The position numbers and the translations under genes were made by a program. The notes below the pieces were generated by a model. The model made no database searches. It saw nothing but the letters and a program-made list of their open reading frames with translations, and was not told the origin of the DNA. Below are positions 38,474 through 48,100 of a DNA stretch of 51,081 nt, piece by piece. Position 1 is the first letter of the stretch. Each line of letters starts with the position of its first letter. The stretch lies in assembly GCF_001194135.2 (NCBI RefSeq), contig NC_068985.1, positions 62,487,098-62,538,178 on the forward strand, given 5' to 3'. The stretch comes from Octopus bimaculoides. Its lineage: Eukaryota.

Positions 38474-41400
38474 CAAAGGAGATTCCCTCTTAAAACAATT
38501 TTTACATTTGACTATGTCTTCTTTTCCAGGGTAAAGCTGATAAATATTATCTGAAAGATCAAAAGGGCAAATTTTATATCAATGGTACTCACACACTAGA
38601 TATTCTCGCTGAAGAAGTGAAAAATGATTTCTCCAGTTTTGACCATGTTGTTATGTTTTCACCGTAAGTTAAAGATTTTTTTTCACATTAGAAGAAATCA
38701 ATATACTTTATGGAATTAACTCTTTCATGTTTCTGATTAATAAAGTAAATACCAGTTATAAACTAGGGGGAAGCTAAATTAAAATTGTGGTTTTATTTCT
38801 GTTAGAAATTTATATGAAGTTCACTGGAATTTGTCACATACTTCAAATAATGTAAGAATTTGGTATTTTAAATATTTCTGTTATTTTGTCTTTACTATGT
38901 TTATTTCCAAATAATTTAATTCTGACTTGAATTATCAAATTCTACTTTGTTGCTGATAATCTATATATTAATACACTAAGGCCAAATGTGTTACACTGTC
39001 ATGTGGTTAGTTAAAAGGAAAGGCAAAGAGAGAGGAGAAAGAGAAATGGAGAGAGGTGGGTTAGCCTTGAAAGGCAAAAGAAAGGTATTGCTGTTGCGTT
39101 TTGTAGTGAGTTAGTTGAAGACAGAGGTAGGAAGTAGAAAAAATGAGATATAAACAAGCAAGGTGCTGGGCATGTGATATAGTTGAAGCAAGAGGCAGAG
39201 AAAGAGGGGGAAGAGGGAGTGGGGAGAGAGACAGACAGATAGACAGAGAGTAAGTGAGTGGGTGTTGACTGAAAGGAATGCAAGAGTGGAAAGCAGTTAC
39301 ATGATTTTAAATGTCCTATAATAGAATATTGGGAGTGACAATAAATATAAAAGTTTAGTTGTTACAGGTTTTAATGTTCAACTGTTTCTATATCTTCAAC
39401 CCATCGATGTATCTATGTGAATAGATAGATTCATTGATGGAGAGAAGATAGAAAGACAGATGTGTAATTAAATTAAATCAAAGTGAAAACTTTAGTAACT
39501 AACTGTGGATGTTACTTTTACCGTTTTTATGTGTAGCAGCCCAATAGCTGAAGCCATGCTGGGGCACCACAACTATTTAGGTCTCTTTTTCTTTTAGTTA
39601 TTTGATTTAAATGTTTATTCATACTGTTAGAGTAGACAGGTACATACATTTACAGAAATGTAAATGTAAATAGAATGTGATAGACAGACAGACAAACTGA
39701 TTGAAGGATTGCACCTTCAAGACTGCCTATGTGAATATTTACATCAGAAGAAAAATATACTATTTCATTATACAATTTTCAAAATAACCATGAAATTTCC
39801 ACAGGTACTGCTGGTATTAAAATTAACTTCTTACCCCTTCCTCCCGATCAAACTAATATCTATATATGTTTGTGAGTATATATATCTATATCTGTATCTA
39901 TCTATCTACCTCATCCTCCTAATCATTATCATTTACCGGCTGTTTACTATGCTAGCATAGGTTGGATGGTTTGACAGGATCTGGCTAACCACAGGGTTGT
40001 ACTGAGCTCCAGTGTCAACTTAGACATGTTATTTATGGCTGGGTGTCCACCCTAATGCCAGCCACTTTACAGTGTGTACTGGGTACTTTTTTTCCTGTCA
40101 CTGGCACTTGTAAGATCAACATGTATGTTGCAAGAAAAGAAAACAGAAAAGACCCCATGACTGAGTAGTGGATGGTAGGTAATTAGGGTGGGAGAAGTAG
40201 CTTTATGCCTGGTGCTGATAGGCTCATAAAGATGGGTAGATCATAAAGTAGGGAGATGATGCACAAGGTAAGGGAATGGTGTACAAATTATAGGAACAAT
40301 GGAGAGAGAGATATGGGGATACATAGGGGCATGTATTGTGAGTGGGGCATGATAGTGGATATGAGAGAAAGGGAAGAGAGAGAAAGAGCTATCTGAAGGC
40401 ACATAAAGGATGTATTTAGTGAGAAGAGTGTGGGAATGGAAGAGAGGATGATAATAGAGAATGAAAGGTTTCAGGTGAGAAAAAGGTGTCAATTGTACTC
40501 CCAAACAATTACAGTCACTGAATAGTGTCATACAGGAGTGAGGGGAGGGGGCTGAGTGTTAGGGGAATGTGATATAGTTTGTGCTTGATGTAGCAGAATG
40601 GGCTACAAGCAAACAATGCTTTTAGGTCATCATTTTTATTGTGGTGAATAGCTCTTTTCCTGCACAGCAAATCACCAATCATCTTACTTCATTGTCATCT
40701 ACTCCTGAGACATAGTATTTTTGAAGATCTGCTCTCACTATACAGTAGAATCTTGGTTTTCAAACAACTCTGATCATGAATAAATCGTACTTTATCGCCT
40801 GTCTTTCTCATATTCATTTAATACAGGAACACTTCTGATCACAAATAAATCATGCTTTATATATATCTATATCTATCTATATATAAAGCATGATTTATTC
40901 GTAATCAGAGTTGTTCGAAAACAAGGTTCTACTGTACTTAGTTTCATGTCTTTCTGAGACTACATTGCTTGGAAATGGGTGAGGGTTGGCGAAAGGAAAG
41001 GAGTCTGGCTATAGAAAATCTGCCTCGATAAATACTGTCTGACACATCCAAGCCTGGAAAAGTGGATGTTACAGTGATGATGTTAATGAAGATGATGATA
41101 CAGATGAAATATGTGTGTATATATACTCTTTTACTCTTTTACTTGTTTCAGTCATTTAACTGTGGCCATGCTGGAGCACCGCCTTTTTTAGTCGAGCAAA
41201 TTGACCCCAGGACTTATTCTTTGTAAGCCTAGTACTTATTCTATCGGTTTCTTTTGCCGAACCGCTAAGTTACGGTGACGTAAACACACCAGCATCGGTT
41301 GTCAAGCGATGTTGGGGGTGACAAACACAGACACACATACATATATATCTATATACATGTATACGACGGGCTTCTTTCAGTTTCCGTCTACCAAATCCAC

Positions 41401-41546
41401 TCACAAGACTTTGGTCAACTCAAGGCTATAGTAGAAGAACTTGCCCAAGGTGCCACGCAGTGGGACTGAACCTAGGACCATGTGGTTTGTAAGCAAACTA
41501 CTTACCACACAACCACTCCTATGCCTATATATATATATATATATAT

Positions 41547-41581
<35 letters not shown>

Positions 41582-42104
41582 NNNNNNNNNNNNNNNNNNN
41601 NNNNNNNNNNNNNNNNNNNNNNNNNNNNNNNNNNNNNNNNNNNNNNNNNNNNNNNNNNNNNNNNNNNNNNNNNNNNNNNNNNNNNNNNNNNNNNNNNNNN
41701 NNNNNNNNNNNNNNNNNNNNNNNNNNNNNNNNNNNNNNNNNNNNNNNNNNNNNNNNNNNNNNNNNNNAGAGCAAAGTGCTCTCTCTCTCTCTCTTTTTTC
41801 GATTTACAGTGGTTTCATCACTTGCACGTACCATCTTTGCTACATTCACCCACCTTTTTTTGAAACTTTCACGACACAAAACCTGCCTCTCCATTCTCAC
41901 CTTCCTTTTCAAGTGGTACTTGAAAAAGTTGACGAGCAATTGGCCAGAGAGGTAAGTGTTTGTCTCTAATCCTTTCGTTCAAGTCCACCACACACATTCT
42001 TTCACCATGGCCACCAGTACGATGAAGACTGCCTTGCTTTCCGGTTGAGGGAAGGTGGCAGAGTAATTGTCACGATAGACTCAGAAGACAGGCAGACAGA
42101 TAGA

Positions 42105-42164
<60 letters not shown>

Positions 42165-45100
42165 TAGATAAATATAGATATAGATATAGATATAGATGTA
42201 TGTGTATATTTATGTATATATATATAATATATGGCCTAGTGGTTCGGGTGTTGCACTCACAATCACAAGATTATAGTTTCAATTTTGAGACTGGGTGGTG
42301 CATTGTGTTCTTGAGCAAAACACTTCATCTCACACTGCCCTGCAATTACTTCGACGCCTGATTATGTGGATCATGATGGTAGATATGGGAGTGCATTGAG
42401 AATGATAACAGATAAGGAAGGTGTTTAGAATGGAATATACTAGAAGGGAGAGAGAGCAGTGATTGAAGGCACAGAAAGGAAGTGATTGATTGAAACAGTG
42501 TGGGTAGAGATTGAAACAGTGTGGGTGGGAATGCTTGACATGTCAAAGAAAGAAGGAGCAAGAAGATTGTATTGTGTGTGTAAGTGTGTACGTTTTTCTA
42601 CATCAATTCTTCACTCTAATACTCCATACATCATAGTTTTTTAGGTCTTTGTACATCAATTAATTTATCAACATTTTCCAATTGCATATATTTCATGCCA
42701 TATAAAATGTTGAAAAATTTTTATTGCAGATACAAAATTTCAGCTGGTGTTTCTTCAACTGTTGGTAAGTAATTATTGTCATATTTTGAAGTCAATTGTT
42801 TTGCTCGTTACAGTTTCTTCATTAATCATTTTGTCCCAAACAAGGCTTGTGACTACTGTAGCATAATGAATTACAAAGAAAAGAAGGTACCTACAAATTC
42901 AAGACATGTTGATTGACAGAATGTTTAAAAGATTGAATATCATGACAGAATGTTTAAAAGACAGAATATCATAGACCAGAGGAAAACAATACAATAGTCA
43001 AGAGTTTCGCTTCTTAAATTAGCTGCAATGGTATTGATTTTAGATCAGGGGAGAATATTAAACTTGCTTCAGTAGAGAATCAAAATTGATTTAGTCAACC
43101 AGAATCTCACTATCACAGACATCTGATGAACATATAGGACTAAGTGACCAGCAGATTCCTTCACCCAAATGCATGTACATATACACATATGCTTGGGGCC
43201 TTCATAGCATTATTGTAGGCAGCTTGGCAATTCAATGCACTAGACCCTCTAGTATCTATTGACAGCAAGCCACAATATACATAGATTAGAATTGAGCCCC
43301 TGTACCTGTAAGAGTCCATGGGTAACAGTCCAGTGTGTCCACTGACCAAATGAAACAAAGAAATCTCATCACCAGTGATACACACATACTCTCTCACTCA
43401 ATTTCTCATACATATTCCAAAATGTATAAATACAATAACAAGCCTTGGTATATCTTGTGTGGATACATCATTGCAGAGCTGAAGCAATGAAGCCATCTCA
43501 ATGATGTGGTCACAAATGGCAATGAAAGAACTGTGACAAACCAGATGATTGGTTGATTAAAAAATCAAGCAACTAGTCATGTGACAAATAAGTTAATTGA
43601 TTAATTAGTTCATTAACAATAAAAAGAAGGGAAATAGAATCAATGCATGTGTTTTTATTTACAAAACAATATACTGTAGTGCCTCAATATACGAGTTAAT
43701 TTGTTTCTGGAGGCCACTCATAAAGCAAAGACTCATAAAGCAGAGCAATAATTTCCCATAGTAGCAATGTTATGAATCATAATTCATTCCCAGAAAAATA
43801 TTTTACCTATAAAATCTATAATACTTGTAAATAAATGGCAATAAAACAACAGTAGAATGGAAAGAATATTTTATGTAATGTAAAAAGAATGTCAAGATCA
43901 TTTATAATAAAAAAAAATATGATTATTATAATCATTTTCTGAATCACTTTCACTCATACTAGATTCATGCATACTATCACTTGTAGACACAATTGCCAAT
44001 TCACAAGCATTCATAGATGGATTTGTAGATTTCTTTTTAAAAAACAAGTCTAGAGTTGTTTGCTTAGAAGAAGCTTTTTTATGCTTTCTATAAATTTCTC
44101 GGTAACACACAGAAGCATTTATTATGGTAGTAGAAACTTTTGCACTTCAAAATTTGGATCTTGTGCCTGAAAAATAAAACCTGTAAACCTGGAATTTCAT
44201 AAAGTAGGTCCTCATAAAGTGAGATATTACTGTATATATCAGGTCATCCCATTAGTTCTGTTCGAGTTTACCTTTTTTAAGACTGAATAAAATTTAATAG
44301 TATTTTAGAATGTCTAATGGAATTAAAAATTATTTTTGTGCATTTGTGTACATTTAAACTAATTAAATATTATTTTACAGAATAATAGAATTAAAATTTC
44401 TTTGATTAAAACTCTTTTTAAGATGGAAGTATCCAAAGAGCATTTGAGGCACATAATGCTTTNNNNNNNNNNNNNNNNNNNNNNNNNNNNNNNNNNNNNN
44501 NNNNNNNNNNNNNNNNNNNNNNNNNNNNNNNNNNNNNNNNNNNNNNNNNNNNNNNNNNNNNNNNNNNNNNNNNNNNNNNNNNNNNNNNNNNNNNNNNNNN
44601 NNNNNNNNNNNNNNNNNNNNNNNNNNNNNNNNNNNNNNNNNNNNNNNNNNNNNNNNNNNNNNNNNNNNATCTTCAACAACTTGGAAAGATTCCTAAACTT
44701 GGAAAATGGGTGCCTCATGAATTGTCCAAAAGCAACCGCAAATCCTGAGTTGACATCTGCTCTTCTCTCCATTCTCGCAAACTCATTTCACCCTTTTTGG
44801 ATAGACTTGCGACTGGTGATGAAAAAGGTTCTACTCTCTATCTGGTGGGATTGCAAAGGAGTAATCCACTTTGAATTGTTACCACCTAATGTAACAATTA
44901 AGGCTCAAGTTTACTGTCAGCAATTAGAGTGTTTGAATCAAGCTTTGAAGAAAAAAGACCCACTTTAGTGAATCGAAAAGGAGTGATGTTTCATCTGGAC
45001 AATGCACGACCCCACACTGCAAAGATCACATCACAGAAGATCGAAGAGCTTGGTTGGGAAAAAAATTCCTCATCTACTTTATTCTCCCAACTTTGCTCCT

Positions 45101-48100
45101 TCAGACTATCATTTGTTTCATAGTTTACAGAATCATTTGGGGGACATAACTTTCGCAAGCCAGGAGGAGGTCGAAACTGACATTTCAGAGTTCTTTGCTT
45201 TGAAACCAAAAGAGTTTTACACTGATGGGATTAAACAGTTTGTAAATAGATGGAAGGAAGCCATAGATAATCAGGGAAAGTACATTGATGATTAAATTTC
45301 AATTAAATATAACATTTGATCACTTGGAGGAGATGCATGTTTGATCACTTGTTTTCTTTATTCAAAATTCAGACAGAACTTATGGGATGACCTGATATTT
45401 AAGCAAGCCAAATCACAAAAAAAAACAAGATCAAATACAAAAAAGAAAAACAAAATTCCAAGGGACGTTCATAGCTAATTTTATTAGGTTAACACTCAAA
45501 GAAGGAAAAAAGTTATGAAGTAAAAGTTACATTACTTTGGACATCAGCCTTTGTTGGATACAAGCAGAAAGTCCAAGGAAGAAAAGAAAGAGATAAGAAA
45601 AGAAAGAGATAAGAAAAGATTGGAGAGATCCAGGGCAAAACACACGTGGGCTACTCATATCTTTGGCTTCTGACTAACTGAAAGATAATTGTAGTTTTTA
45701 ATGGCAAGTGAGTATTTGTTGATACACATGTGAATGCATATGTGTGTGTGTATGAGTGTGTGTGCATGTATGAGAATACATGTGTATATTATGTGTATGT
45801 GGATATGTACTTTTGCATGTCTGTGTACATGTATGTATAGGAGATACAGGTGTTGTATATAATTTATTGTCAGGGGTTTCTTGTGCTTTACTACAGAAAT
45901 TAATGTTTTTAACGTTTTTTTTGTTTTTTTTTACATGTTTCAGGGATAGCAAATGTTGGGGCAATGTGTACAGTGCGAAGTGCTTCTGTTGTTGTTCAAA
46001 ATGGAGGTTTCACAGAAGTCTTAATTGCTGCTCATGAAATTGGACACAGGTATGGATCAAGGAGCAGTGGATCAAACCCTCATAAAAATGAGAACATTTA
46101 ATAACTTTACTTAAATATTTAAATATATAAAGCCATCATCAATGGCATTTTGTTTACAATAATTAATTTTTTAATCAACAGTAATCATTTCAGATAACAA
46201 TTACGGCCATCATCACAAAGATATTCTAGATAAATGCCTCACACCCATATTCAGCAATTTTAATGTTTTATTTTAATTTTGATTTTTATTATTTGCCTCT
46301 CCAAAATTAATCTTACATTTTTCTTTGTTTTTCTTTTTAATTTTAATTTTTGTATATTTATTTTTCTTTATAGTTTGAGCAGTAAACATGATGGAGAAGA
46401 CAATGATTGTCTTGAGAGTGATTCCTATATTATGTCAGCAAGTGTTGTGAATAATCAATCAACATCACAAAAACTAAACAGTTTTCTATTCTCTAGCTGT
46501 AGTATCAATACAATGAAAAGATTTGTGCAAGATCTGTCGTAAGTTTATTGGATATAAATATAGTTTTCTACCTTAGGGATAATATATGTTGGGATGGGTA
46601 GAGATGTATTGTCCAAAATTTGTCTGGTACTTTATTTTACTGACTCTCTATGGAAACAAAACAAAGTTATCTTGGCAAGATTTCACTTCCAAAAGTAAAG
46701 AGACAAGTAAATAGCTTGAAGTATTTAGTTTGGCAATCTACCAATTCTACCAGTCTCTAATTATTAACTTCAGTTTTAATTTTTCTTACTATAGTCATTG
46801 TCATTATCGTTGTTGTTGTTTTTGTTTAGCCCCAGGTCAACTGGGATGAGCCAAATCTGGAATCAAAGCTGTTTTACTTGTGACCATCCCATCTTTTCAC
46901 AAGGCACAATGCATCCCCATGACCACACTATCCGATGTGTGTCCTTTTTTAATAAGGCACTGTGTATTTTGAGTAAAATTTCGCTGCTATTTCTAGCAGG
47001 TTGACCACATAGTAGTCTTTTCTTGTCTTGTAGTATCAGCATCACATCATATTGGTACTTAAGGAATTTATTCAATGCATGAGTGTGATACATGACTAGG
47101 GTATATAGACAACAGGGTGCACATGATGAAATATTAGACTAGGGTATATACAAAACTGATGTATGTAAATGGTGAGGTAAAAGACTGGGGTATATAAATT
47201 ATAGAGTACAAGGCTGGGGTATATAAATTTTGGTTTACAAATCAATTGTATATAGATAATGGTGCAAGGTTTTCAAATGTCACCTTTACCTGGATGAGAT
47301 AGACAAGACAGTCATTATCATCATCATCATCATCATCGTCGTCGTCGTCATCATCATCGTCATCATCATCGTCGTCGTCATCATCATCATTTAACCTCTC
47401 TTTTTTCCATTCTGGCATGGGTTGGCTAATTCTACAAGAACAAATAAGCCAGAGGGCTCTGCCAGGTTTTATATCTGCTTTCACATGTTTTCTATAGCTG
47501 GATGCCCTTCCTAATGTCAATCACTTAACAGCATATACTGCATACTTTTTACATAGCATCAGCACCAGTGAGGTTGTTGAGTACCCACAAGGTAAGACCC
47601 CTCAAATGTGTGGGGTATAGACTGGAGAAAGAAACTGTGATAGAGGTATAGGAGCAAGTGTCTTGCTGAAGAGGTGAATACATGGTCTCCCACATGGAAA
47701 GTGAGAGAGAAAGAAAAAGATGTGAGATTCAGGTACAACATGAATATGAGACAATAGGAAGTGCACTGAGTAGAAATAGTGTGACAGATGATTAGAGACA
47801 GGGAATTAGTTCAGTGTAGCAGAAAGTGAGTAAAGTAGAAGCTGAGTTGTGGGAGAAGGTTTGACAGAACATCAGTTCTGCTAAGATGGATGGGTTATAG
47901 ATGCCATATAGATGAAAAAATTCAATAAAAGAAAACAATGGATTGCCTTAGGTAGCCTTCTTCTTCTTCTTCTCTCTCTCTCTCACTCACTCTCACGTTC
48001 TCTCAATATATATTTAACAAATTGAAAAACATGATTATAAGCAATGATTGCGTAATATTGATGATAAAATATTGATTATTTAACATAAAACTCATAGTCA

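Larger units (their letters stand above)
1440..44668. other. Assembly gaps: 1440-1890, 2769-2809, 9604-9823, 26188-26267, 38325-38334, 41582-41767, 44463-44668
   Basis: N runs. Confidence 1.
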
